From: Acanthaster planci
Lineage: Eukaryota
Length of the DNA: 64,000 nucleotides
Direction: 5' to 3'
NCBI RefSeq assembly: GCF_001949145.1
Contig: NW_019091358.1
Coordinates: forward strand, 1,116,961-1,180,960
Shown here: positions 35,901 through 43,684 of the stretch, piece by piece
Layout of the letters: every line of letters begins with the position of its first letter
How positions within the stretch are numbered: the first letter of the stretch is position 1
Made by a program: the position numbers and the translations under genes
Notes under the pieces: model-generated
Told to the model about the DNA's origin: nothing
The model's database searches: none
What the model saw: the letters and a program-made list of their open reading frames with translations, nothing else

Positions 35901-38348
35901 AAAGTGAACTGGGCCTTGTAACAAAAGACCGTACTCCGAACAAAAGACCAGGCTGCTGGGCACCACCAACAGTTTTTCACTCTCAAAGGTGGAGATAATC
36001 CAGCCTTGTTTTGAAACAGTATACCATAGTTTGGGGCATTTCGAGTGAGCGGATTACCCCCGCGGACAAAAGCGCTCTACGCCCGCAGCGATGAGCCACA
36101 CAGCACGGCTGCATGCTAATCTGGCCCCTATGAAGAAGAGGTCAGCAGTGCACTTTGGCAGGTTCTTGAACAAAAGAAAGTTATATAACAATGCACAATC
36201 TCGGCTCTAATTACAAGGCTGCAGGCCTGGCTGAAATACTCGGCCGTCAATAGATTTTGTCTGTCAGGCTAGAGGGGCCACCAGACAGTCCTTTGTTCGG
36301 GTGTAAGTGCCCAGTAAACAAAGATGGGAATTTTTAAAGAATTTTGAAAACAGAAAAAAATGATAAATATCCCTCCCCAGCATCATCAACATTGATAACT
36401 GCCACCGGCAGCAAGTGGTTAAGCCATCCAGTACACCACTGGACAGTATTAAGGAAATAGTGACCCCAAAACGGATGCACTTTGTCCAAAAACTTCATGT
36501 ACGCTGATATTTTATCATGGTATGTTTTTTAATGATGCTGTGTAACATGTTGGGCAGTATTTCAGTTTGGAAGAAATAATGGCAGTATGTATCCAGCGTT
36601 TTAGGGATCAACAATGCAATTGAAACTGTTTTCGCTTTAGTGTTTCCCCTAAAGGCCTCTCCGCATCGACTCCTGAGTGTGCCTCTGCGCGGTGTTCAAT
36701 ATTGCAAGGAGACTGATTTAGGGATGAGTCTTGTATAAGATTGAAATGAATTCCTTTCCAGGAGAATAGTAGATCTTACTTTTGTGGGCCTTTCTCTGCT
36801 TGGTATTTTAGGTTTAAGAAGCACTGATGGAGGTACCTACACGTGCACTGCGGCCAATGGTATCTCCAGCGAGAGCGCTAGTGCTACAGTCACTGTTCAA
36901 GGTCAGTTATGTCTGTCTTTGAAAACTGTCTTTTGTTTGAAACATTTGAGTTTGATTTGAACAAATCTACTTTAGAAAACTGATAGAGATGGCTTCATTT
37001 TGTTCATTTTTGGGCCCTGCATGGCCTCTTCATTCTTCGTTTCTTTTTATTTGGCACGATACGCATTTCTTTGCCATTTCACTTAACGTCAAAGTGGTGT
37101 ATATACAACATGGGGGGTAGTGTTTCAGTGTCATTCGGATTCTAATTGGTCCCTGTGTTTCTTGTTTGATGTTCTCATGTTCTTTGTTTTTTTACTTTCT
37201 TGCGTAGTTAAAAGCGATTCAGTTGTTTGGGTTCCTTTTTTTTTTCATTTAGTTTGGCCAAGAAATTGGTATTAATGGGTGAAATGGTCAATTTCGGGGC
37301 ATCTTGAAGTGTACCGTTCATCCATTGATAGACAAGTAACAGAAGAAAAGTGACTGCAGCCTTTGGAATGTTCTCTTGGTACCACCCCAATCGAACTCTT
37401 CAGCTTGTGTCCTGGAAATCTTTGATATTGTCGGTGTCTTGATTGAAACTGAAGAAATCACTGAGTACCGCATCAAAGGAGTGTTAGTTTCAAGTTCAGT
37501 ACTTGACATGTGGACCAAATGGTTGAGGGTTTACAACTCCTGATCCTGGAGTCTATGGTTCCAATCCAGCGGTGGGNNNNNNNNNNNNNNNNNNNNNNNN
37601 NNNNNNNNNNNNNNNNNNNNNNNNNNNNNNNNNNNNNNNNNNNNNNNNNNNNNNNNNNNNNNNNNNNNNNNNNNNNNNNNNNNNNNNNNNNNNNNNNNNN
37701 NNNNNNNNNNNNNNNNNNNNNNNNNNNNNNNNNNNNNNNNNNNNNNNNNNNNNNNNNNNNNNNNNNNNNNNNNNNNNNNNNNNNNNNNNNNNNNNNNNNN
37801 NNNNNNNNNNNNNNNNNNNNNNNNNNNNNNNNNNNNNNNNNNNNNNNNNNNNNNNNNNNNNNNNNNNNNNNNNNNNNNNNTATTTGGGCAAGTCATTTTT
37901 ATCGCTCCTGGAGTCTATGGTTCCAATCCAGCGGTGGGATATTTGGGCAGGTCATTTTTATTGCTGCTTACCTTTCTCCACCCAGGTGTATACATGGGTA
38001 CCCGTGAGGGCAGAGAAGATGATTGTGGTTGATGAGTATGGTTGTGAAACAGCTGTGCCGATCTTCTTACTTCCCATGAAGCTGAGATGATTTATAGGAA
38101 TGCTTTTGGGCCTATTGATCCGGAATAATAATGATTTAAATAATTTTCTTCATCATTACTAAAAACTGTTATTTTATTTGACCTTCCATCTAGGTGCGGC
38201 TGTTGATCCCAACTGCCAAGATAATGTCCGCTACGCCAACTGCCGCGTAGTTCTACGTGCTAACTTCTGCCATCGGAAGCCCTACGACACCTACTGCTGC
38301 GCCACGTGCAAGGACAGCCAGGTCAGAGGTCGACGCCGACGACGATAA
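2835..38348 (+). CDS. PAPLN: Papilin-like ECM protein, 5'-partial gene model, 34 coding exons in window (about 2,230 codons): TSP1 x6, papilin Cys-repeats x3, Kunitz x10, thyroglobulin type-1 x10, S/T/P-rich spacer, Ig x3, C-terminal PLAC
   Basis: Exons bounded by AG/GT join in consistent phase into one open frame ending at TAA 38346-38348. The order TSP1 repeats > C-x-x-S-T-[YF]-G-C-C-x-D-G repeats > Kunitz > Ig > PLAC is the papilin architecture. The N-terminus (signal peptide, first TSR, ADAMTS spacer) is not found in the window. Confidence 0.9.
3467..3680 (+). CDS. PAPLN: Papilin exon: TSP1 repeat ([20 protein letters not shown]...WTAGNWSQ)
   Basis: Polypyrimidine tract + cag acceptor, gtgggt donor, phase 2-0, WxxxxWSPCSxSCG motif. 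Confidence 0.92.
4546..4716 (+). CDS. PAPLN: Papilin exon: TSP1 repeat ([16 protein letters not shown]...WLVSQWSD)
   Basis: tttag acceptor, gtgagt donor, phase 0-0, CSVTCG motif. Confidence 0.93.
6121..6294 (+). CDS. PAPLN: Papilin exon: TSP1 repeat ([16 protein letters not shown]...WHASRWTE)
   Basis: ctccag acceptor, gtaagg donor, phase 0-0. Confidence 0.93.
6762..6944 (+). CDS. PAPLN: Papilin exon: TSP1 repeat ([16 protein letters not shown]...WLTGSWEK)
   Basis: ttcag acceptor, gtaaga donor, phase 0-0. Confidence 0.93.
7448..7595 (+). CDS. PAPLN: Papilin exon: last TSP1 repeat ([16 protein letters not shown]...[10 protein letters not shown])
   Basis: atcag acceptor, gtaggc donor, phase 0-1. 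Confidence 0.92.
7641..7953. repeat. Intronic tandem duplication, 2 x 155 bp
   Basis: ttaaaaatcagatttgacatac starts at 7646 and 7801; units nearly identical. Confidence 0.92.
8261..8345 (+). CDS. PAPLN: Papilin exon: papilin/lagrin-type Cys repeat 1 ([26 protein letters not shown])
   Basis: cttag acceptor, gtcagt donor, phase 1-2, CxxSxYGCCxDGxTxAxGPxxEGC motif. Confidence 0.9.
8726..8859 (+). CDS. PAPLN: Papilin exon: papilin/lagrin-type Cys repeat 2 ([24 protein letters not shown])
   Basis: ctcag acceptor, phase 2-1. Donor gtgtcg is weak, so the 3' boundary is less certain. Confidence 0.85.
9314..9866. other. Assembly gap (N run)
   Basis: 553 N. Confidence 1.
10184..10372 (+). CDS. PAPLN: Papilin exon: Kunitz domain K1 (P1 Tyr)
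   Basis: [19 protein letters not shown]...[23 protein letters not shown]; phase 1-1, 189 nt. Confidence 0.93.
10579..10974. mobile_element. TTAA-type MITE, one end truncated, inverted relative to 25993-26409
   Basis: About 395 bp of high similarity to the reverse complement of 25993-26390; retains the ...aaagggg|ttac end. Confidence 0.85.
11076..11249 (+). CDS. PAPLN: Papilin exon: Kunitz domain K2 (P1 Lys)
   Basis: [19 protein letters not shown]...[23 protein letters not shown]; phase 1-1, 174 nt. Confidence 0.93.
11491..11712 (-). mobile_element. tRNA-derived SINE, family B
   Basis: Minus strand reads ggggagccaggttggtgcagtgg (A box)...gggttcgaatcc (B box)...gggttttcctcccacc; second copy at 14462. 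Confidence 0.8.
11944..13326. mobile_element. Second TTAA MITE family sequence in inverted orientation, on both sides of an N gap
   Basis: ttaa|cacttagcgcc start and ccggcaggaagtgg end; 12964-13326 is the reverse complement of about 35828-36190. Confidence 0.78.
12098..12963. other. Assembly gap (N run)
   Basis: 866 N. Confidence 1.
13779..13988 (+). CDS. PAPLN: Papilin exon: Kunitz domain K3 (P1 Phe)
   Basis: [19 protein letters not shown]...[23 protein letters not shown]; phase 1-1, 210 nt; missed by the ORF track. Confidence 0.92.
14462..14660 (-). mobile_element. tRNA-derived SINE, family B, second copy
   Basis: Shares ggcactgtagctc, gcctgaagaaacct, tttagaggtgggaggaaaaccc and gagccagga with the 11491 copy. 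Confidence 0.78.
14778..14948 (+). CDS. PAPLN: Papilin exon: Kunitz domain K4 (P1 Arg)
   Basis: [19 protein letters not shown]...[23 protein letters not shown]; phase 1-1, 171 nt. Confidence 0.93.
15993..16163 (+). CDS. PAPLN: Papilin exon: Kunitz domain K5 (P1 Phe)
   Basis: [19 protein letters not shown]...[23 protein letters not shown]; phase 1-1, 171 nt. Confidence 0.93.
16681..16896 (+). CDS. PAPLN: Papilin exon: thyroglobulin type-1 domain TY1
   Basis: TKC...[33 protein letters not shown]...PDC; phase 1-1, 216 nt. Confidence 0.93.
17848..18075 (+). CDS. PAPLN: Papilin exon: thyroglobulin type-1 domain TY2
   Basis: [37 protein letters not shown]; phase 1-1, 228 nt. Confidence 0.93.
18759..18971 (+). 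CDS. PAPLN: Papilin exon: divergent thyroglobulin type-1 domain TY3
   Basis: GPC...[31 protein letters not shown]...C; six Cys retained, CWCV changed to CLCV; phase 1-1, 213 nt. Confidence 0.85.
19081..19245. repeat. Intronic direct repeat, 73 bp x 2, period 92
   Basis: caattaaggcagatccagtgtttctgaaaacaggtgg starts at 19081 and 19173. Confidence 0.92.
20976..21200 (+). CDS. PAPLN: Papilin exon: thyroglobulin type-1 domain TY4
   Basis: [37 protein letters not shown]; phase 1-1, 225 nt. Confidence 0.93.
22068..22268 (+). CDS. PAPLN: Papilin exon: thyroglobulin type-1 domain TY5
   Basis: [37 protein letters not shown]; phase 1-1, 201 nt. Confidence 0.92.
22626..22787 (+). CDS. PAPLN: Papilin exon: Kunitz domain K6 (P1 Arg)
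   Basis: [19 protein letters not shown]...[23 protein letters not shown]; phase 1-1, 162 nt. Confidence 0.93.
23519..24109 (+). CDS. PAPLN: Papilin exon: Ser/Thr/Pro-rich mucin-like spacer plus thyroglobulin type-1 domain TY6
   Basis: tctag acceptor, about 130 aa S/T/P-rich, then CEIQRKEAL...[12 protein letters not shown]...LDC; gtgaga donor; phase 1-1, 591 nt. Confidence 0.9.
24507..24674 (+). CDS. PAPLN: Papilin exon: Kunitz domain K7 (P1 Pro)
   Basis: [19 protein letters not shown]...[23 protein letters not shown]; phase 1-1, 168 nt. Confidence 0.92.
25273..25476 (+). CDS. PAPLN: Papilin exon: thyroglobulin type-1 domain TY7
   Basis: [37 protein letters not shown]; phase 1-1, 204 nt. 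Confidence 0.93.
25494..25810 (+). mobile_element. tRNA-derived SINE, family A, diverged copy
   Basis: Shares tttgtagcttct, ttgggcaagtcactt, ggagtaaatgg and ccccagggagctgaga with the 1899 copy; ends approximate. Confidence 0.75.
25993..26409. mobile_element. TTAA-flanked MITE (piggyBac-type), complete, 417 bp
   Basis: ttaa|ccccttc ... gaagggg|ttaa; highly similar inverted copy at 10579-10974. Confidence 0.85.
26578..26745 (+). CDS. PAPLN: Papilin exon: Kunitz domain K8 (P1 Lys)
   Basis: [19 protein letters not shown]...[23 protein letters not shown]; phase 1-1, 168 nt. Confidence 0.93.
26920..27208. mobile_element. MITE with Harbinger-like ends and internal caaccc/gggttg repeats
   Basis: aggtcttttcactct ... 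agtgtgaaaaggcct (13/15 TIR match). Confidence 0.65.
27513..27731 (+). CDS. PAPLN: Papilin exon: thyroglobulin type-1 domain TY8
   Basis: CEIQREEAL...[37 protein letters not shown]; phase 1-1, 219 nt. Confidence 0.92.
28510..28677 (+). CDS. PAPLN: Papilin exon: Kunitz domain K9 (P1 Arg)
   Basis: [19 protein letters not shown]...[23 protein letters not shown]; phase 1-1, 168 nt. Confidence 0.93.
29312..29521 (+). CDS. PAPLN: Papilin exon: thyroglobulin type-1 domain TY9
   Basis: CQMQREEAL...[37 protein letters not shown]; aag acceptor; phase 1-1, 210 nt. Confidence 0.9.
30345..30512 (+). CDS. PAPLN: Papilin exon: Kunitz domain K10 (P1 Leu)
   Basis: [19 protein letters not shown]...[23 protein letters not shown]; phase 1-1, 168 nt. 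Confidence 0.93.
31209..31433 (+). CDS. PAPLN: Papilin exon: thyroglobulin type-1 domain TY10
   Basis: [34 protein letters not shown]...PDC; acceptor cacag at 31204-31208 chosen because it gives phase 1; gtgagg donor. Confidence 0.88.
32005..32184 (+). CDS. PAPLN: Papilin exon: linker plus papilin/lagrin-type Cys repeat 3 ([26 protein letters not shown])
   Basis: cttag acceptor, gtgagc donor, phase 1-1, 180 nt. Confidence 0.9.
32253..32483. mobile_element. hAT-like MITE
   Basis: cgtgggtgtcac ... ggcgacgcccatg imperfect TIRs; 8-bp flanks gtgacact / gcaacact (6/8). Confidence 0.55.
33107..33391 (+). CDS. PAPLN: Papilin exon: Ig I-set domain 1
   Basis: [17 protein letters not shown]...DGTLVI...[11 protein letters not shown]; phase 1-1, 285 nt. 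Confidence 0.93.
34190..34468 (+). CDS. PAPLN: Papilin exon: Ig I-set domain 2
   Basis: [17 protein letters not shown]...[11 protein letters not shown]; phase 1-1, 279 nt. Confidence 0.93.
34522..34938. mobile_element. MITE with about 40-bp imperfect TIRs
   Basis: atatgtgtgacccactctgcaaaaaagggtaccaagtcgc ... gcgacttattacccatttttctagagctggtttcacatat. Confidence 0.65.
35063..35242 (+). CDS. PAPLN: Papilin exon: Ig domain 3, N-terminal part
   Basis: [20 protein letters not shown]...GDLII; phase 1-1, 180 nt. Confidence 0.92.
35290..35790. mobile_element. Diverged subfamily copy of the second TTAA MITE, head-to-tail with 35828-36418
   Basis: ttaa|ccacttagcgc start; shares gctgcatgctaatctggccc, gcaggcctggctgaaatactc and gaattttgaaaacagaaaa with the adjacent copy. 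Confidence 0.78.
35828..36418. mobile_element. TTAA-flanked MITE, second family, complete, 591 bp
   Basis: ttaa|ccactttctgccag ... ccggcagcaagtgg|ttaa (12/14 TIR match). Confidence 0.85.
36812..36901 (+). CDS. PAPLN: Papilin exon: Ig domain 3, C-terminal part
   Basis: [29 protein letters not shown] completes the D-x-G-x-Y-x-C motif; tttag acceptor, gtcagt donor; 90 nt. Confidence 0.92.
37505..38133 (+). mobile_element. tRNA-derived SINE, family A, interrupted by an N gap and an internal 59-bp duplication
   Basis: B-box-like ggttccaatcc, ttgggcaagtcattt, cccaggtgtatacatgggtacccgtgagggcaga, ataataat tail. Confidence 0.7.
37577..37880. other. Assembly gap (N run)
   Basis: 304 N. Confidence 1.
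38194..38348 (+). CDS. PAPLN: Papilin terminal exon: PLAC domain and stop
   Basis: [32 protein letters not shown] is a PLAC motif; ends ...QVRGRRRRR then TAA. Confidence 0.93.
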
Positions 38349-41300
38349 ATGTGCCTTAGGAGTAGTCTGAATCCATCTCGTCACGGATTGCATTCAGCTA
38401 CTTGAGTGAAAACTGCCTGTGTAATTCTACGGGAATCTGGAAGACATGCTCGTGTTTTCGGAAATTTTAGAACCTTCTCTGACTTTTTAAAACATGATTT
38501 TTATGAGTAGGCCTATCTTTTTTATGTCTTGATAGTGACCATGTCACAAGCCCTGTGCAGTGTTTTTATACTAATATATACTTTTTGAGGCATGTTAATT
38601 CAAGTAATATGTTGACCATGTATCTTGTCTTTGAGAGGAACAGGCTGATTTGGGCGACACTTTTTTATTTGATCTGCAAAGCTTGTAAATGATTTCCTAA
38701 GGTTGTATCAATCACGGTTGTATCAAACTCTTCGAGTATGTTGAGAAAACAGCGAAGAAAAACAAACTGAAATTCGGCATTTCTTAAGAAATGTACCTCA
38801 GTTCTCAAATGGTGCTGCTTAACTTTTTAAAATGAGATTTCAGAGAGTTGCAATTTATGTGTTCCTTAGTACCTTTATCGTACAGTACATGTACAGTCAC
38901 TTTTACCCCTTGAAAAACCCAGACGTAAGGTTGACAAGACAGCGTTTATATCTAGATTTAAACACGTCTATCAAATGTTGCTTCATCATAGTTTTTCATG
39001 CCACAGAAATTTTGTTTTTGCCCACAAAAATACTTCCAAGTGCGGACAGGTGGGAAGTGCGTAGAGGTTGAATTGTAGGACATGTTCTTGCACTGTGCAT
39101 TGATGCACCCCTTTAGCTTTAACTGGCCACAGGTCTTTCTCTGAACAGGGTAATACCACGTTTATGTTATTTGCAGTCCCTTTCCTCATTTCTATTCGGC
39201 CCAAAGTTACTGTTCCACACTGCCCCCCTTTTAATGTCTTTCTCAAATGCTTTTTTTTAACTGTGACATTTCATATGGTTTTGTCAATCTCTTCTTTCAT
39301 TGTCCATTTTGAGCAGTTTGAAGCTAGTAGTATTTTGTCCCATTTCCAGATATTTGTCTTTCATTCCAAGCAGCATTTTTGGTTCACACTTCATTAGTTT
39401 ACTGCTCTTTTTTTGAATTTCTGATGAGAAAAAGTATTGTAGTATTTTATGAAAACTGAGTCTTTTTCAGTATTAAATTGGCCTTTATTAGCTGACTTTG
39501 TGATCATCCTAAGTCTGCTTCAGTAAGATTGATCCAATGTACATTGTTGTTTTTTTTTCTAATGGGCAACCATCTGGTGCTCTAACCTGCCACCGTGGGA
39601 TGTTCATTCATGTGAGAAAATAGATGTCATTATAGTGGTTTTCAATGATACAGACATGGCTTCACACTTGCAGGGTACTAGTACTGTAGGTGTTGCTGCA
39701 AGGTATAGTGAATCCGGCGACCACGGTGTTGTCCTGTGCAGTGGCCCCCACCAATGGTGGTATTCATTGTGATATCTGTTGTATGGAGTCACTGTTCCAC
39801 TATCGCCCTATACAAAACCCAGATCAGTGCTGTCTGCCATGAAAAGGGGCCGTCAGGCATGTTCAGTGAGACAAGTTGTCTTCGTGGTCGGGTATCCCGT
39901 CTTATTTTAGTCAAGATGCAACAAAATAGATACGCTGAAATTTCAACCCAGCCTCCAGTAAGACTGCTTGCACCAGTACACAGAATGTGTCACAGTTCAG
40001 TTTTGCTGTCTCTGAAGATATTGCTGTCTGACTTTCACAATGACTAGTTCTTGTTTTGCTGTAGACCCGTTTGACAAAATGAGTTTTATGTATGCCCAAT
40101 TAAAACACCTAAGGCCCATTAGTCCATTTTGAGGAAACATGTTTACTATCTTAAATTCAAAAGCAGTCTTGGGATTCTTTGTGATCGCACGGTATTTATT
40201 AGCCTCTGTTTCATAATATAAATAGGAATTATTTTTTAAACAATTTTATTTGCCTGTGTGTACACAGCTGTTACGAAAGGCACAGAATTACACAGACTTT
40301 GTACGTGTAGATCGTGTACATCATTAAAAGACGTTGCGATGTTATACTCGTAGTTAATGACACTGGTTATATTTAGCACATTTCAGTAGTTACCAGGTAG
40401 GACACCTGTACGTTTGTTTGACTGTAATCTGTACGAGGACGATTGAAACTTAACTTATTTTTTACAGTAAATGTATTCTGCTGCAAATGGTGTGAGTTAT
40501 GTTTACTGCCAATGATTGCAATGGTGCTAGTTTGCTTTTCTGTAAGCTGAAAGTAGAAGTCGCTACCTCCCGGTGTATTGATACCAGGATTGCGATTGTA
40601 GATAAGAAAAAGAAAGAGCATTTGAACTGAAAGGCATTTGAAGTATGTCACAGTGCAAGGCCGGTTTTTATGCATTCATTCGGGGAAACAAAGCATCAGG
40701 GAAATTCCAACTGTACATTTATCGCCAATAAAACACAGCCACTGATATTTTAAAATCACATCTTTTTGCCCATGTCTGTACAGTACATTCTTTTAGTGCG
40801 ATTGAATGGTTCTCAATTTCATATTCACATTTTCACAGCGATTCCAAAGCGCGGCGCTTTTCAGTGAAATAGCGAACGCCGAAGGTGCTCGGGTACGATG
40901 TAGAAAAAGCAACTTGCTAGGAAAGTTTCCTAGGTAGTTGCTTAGTTGCTTGGGGCGGTGTCCTATAATGTAACATAAAAACCAGCTGGACTATCATGCA
41001 CATTCTCTTTTGAACGCCGCAATTTACAAGAAAATCTCTCTCGTTGATCATACTACGAGGGGTTCCCACGCTACTTCTCGCCCATACACCTAGGGGCCCC
41101 ATCTGCAAGTTGTTCATGCATCTTCAATTCACTCGCGAAATAACCTATTTTAGCATGTTCAGTCAGTCTTTAAACCGATCGCCACTTCAAGATGCAACAT
41201 TCGATGTGAACAAATGCTGCCGGCGCACGATTGCAAAAACGTGGACCGTGCCACGTGGGCCAGAATGTTGATAAGCAGCTCCCGGCTTTTTCGGCTTGGT

Positions 41301-42643
41301 AGAATCATGACGACAATCTGTTGTGTTTTTTTCTTCGGAAAAGCTCAACAGGTGGGAACTGGCCACGTGTCATTTTGAATATCGCGTGACCAAACCGCAC
41401 CAGCGAATTCCAGATAATGTCGGCATTTACGTCACATCTCCCATTTTATCAATGGAAAAGCCGGATAATTTTAGCTTAGCAAACAATTGCCCCCGCTTGA
41501 TGACATCCGGCTTTGATTCCCAACCAGCCGTTTGTAGCTATCTATAGCTCCCCTGGGACCAATAGCATATGGGGTGTTTTAACGAGCCTGTTGCCATTAA
41601 AAAATAACAGCAGTAATAATTAAAATGTTTTTCTATCGAGAGATGTTGGTAACTGTGAAAATAACCCCTTGCCTTAGATTAATTATTTCTCCTTGGTTAA
41701 AGAGTTTACAATTGCAACGATTTCGTGCCTCGTTTTCGAAGAGCAGCCTCCATTTTGCTCGGTCCAATCAGACAGGAAGTGTTTTATTCCTCCAAGTTTA
41801 ACATTAACTTCATTTTGGCAATAAACGCCAATTATTGTGGTACTTTCCGAGAAACGACAACATCACCACGATTTACATGTCTGCTTGATGTTACCATTTA
41901 CAAACAACATTTTCATGCACAGTGTTACGCACGCTAATGAAAGTAGCTCAGATAGCACTCGAGCAATCAAAGACAGAAAATTCTCTTCGTCAAATTGAAC
42001 AGGATGTGAAATGAGTATGCATGATAGTCAAGTATATTCGAGTGTTCCCAAAATGGAACGTCATAAGATGGTGTACGCGTGATTGGAGCAGTGCTGTGGT
42101 TGTTTTCCAACATTAGTGTAGACTGTAAACAGCTGGCAGCTCTGCATTCTATGCATTAGAGCCACATTGGTAATGTACGTGCACACTGACGGTGTCTGTT
42201 TGCCATCTGACAGCACGATGCGGAAATCCAAAAGGTATTTATCGCCCACACCATCCGTTGACCGTGAACAATCTTACGGCGCTGTTCGTCAGCAGTAGAT
42301 AGCAACCTGTACTGATGAATGCGCCGTGGCCGCTGTTTGTCCTCTCGCCGTTTGCGTCATTGCTAGCTGTGTGACGTCAGCTCGATGACATTAGTTATTC
42401 ATTAGACAGACTCTCGTACACAGTACACATTGCGCATGATACATGTCAGCTCCGCCGCTGCAAAGGTAACTGCGCTGGCCAAAATAAGTGTGCTCATTTC
42501 TCGAGAAAAGGGAGCTTGTATTGATCGAGAGAAGTTGAAATACCGATTGAAGAACTGACTGGATACGCGGATTTCATGTAGATGGCTCCATGTCGGCGGG
42601 ATATTCCGACATAGTGCACGTGACGGACATGTAGTATGGTGGT

Positions 42644-43684
42644 ATGCTGCCTCTGACTCCACAGCCCTCGCCTTGTGCATGTCTTGAAGTGCCTTCCTCG
42701 GGTGACCATGGCCGAGACAAGGAGGATCGAGATGCCCTCGCCCAGGAGGGCTCACTTGCCACCGATGGGTGCTCGGACCAAGGCCACACGAACACCGATC
42801 ACGTAGTAGATGTGGCGTCCGAGTGTATGGGCGATGCCACGACGATAGGTGATGCTGCCCACCACTGCGACCATCTCGAGTCTCGGGGCACACGCATATC
42901 CGCGCCAGGTCGTTTCGAGGGAGACCGCGACCCGTGTTACTTCGAGAGACTACCTGTGGAAGTCACCACCAGGATCTTTGGCTTTCTGCGCCCCATCGAA
43001 GACGCTCTCCCCCTGCTGGCCAGGGTCAATCGGAGGTGGAGGAAAATTCTCCTGAATACGCCAAAACTGTGGCGGGAGATCCATGTCAGGTCTGACGATT
43101 ACTCACCGTTGCATTACACCGTCTTGTCAATCATCTTCCGCGTGTACGGGGCCCACGTGCGCGAACTCACGTGGCAGACGGGGTCCCGCGTCTACGAGTC
43201 TCTCTTCTGTCTCATACCCAAGCTGACATCCCTTACTGTCCTCCGATTGCCCATCTTGTGGAACAAATGGGTCGTGGACCAGCTAGCACCGCTCACCAGA
43301 CTCGAGGAGCTGCAGATCAACGGCGGCTTCGGGCTGACCGACTCCGACCTAGCCCGCATCGCTGGCAACTTCCCTGGTCTGAGGCGGGTGGTCCTCAGTT
43401 CCTGCTGGGCGGTCACGGCCAAGGGGGTAGAGGGCTTCCTGGAGTCGTTGCCGCAGCTGGCAGAGTGCAAGCTCAAGATCAACGAGGGGCTGCCGCTGTG
43501 CGACATGAGGAGCGACTTCGCAATGCTCCAGGGCAGCATGGTGACGCGGAGTGTCGGCAACGCCTCGCGGGCCAGCACCATCACCGTCCTTAGCTTGAAC
43601 TTCGTGCCGGTGGAGATGGAGGAAGTCTGGGGGGTGGTCAACTGCTTGCCTCGGCTCAAGAAGCTTTCGATCAGCAACTGTGAG
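42644..43684 (+). CDS. F-box/LRR gene exon 1 (F-box and first LRRs)
   Basis: 347 codons open, GC3-rich; an in-frame TAG lies just upstream of ATG 42644. Confidence 0.85.
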
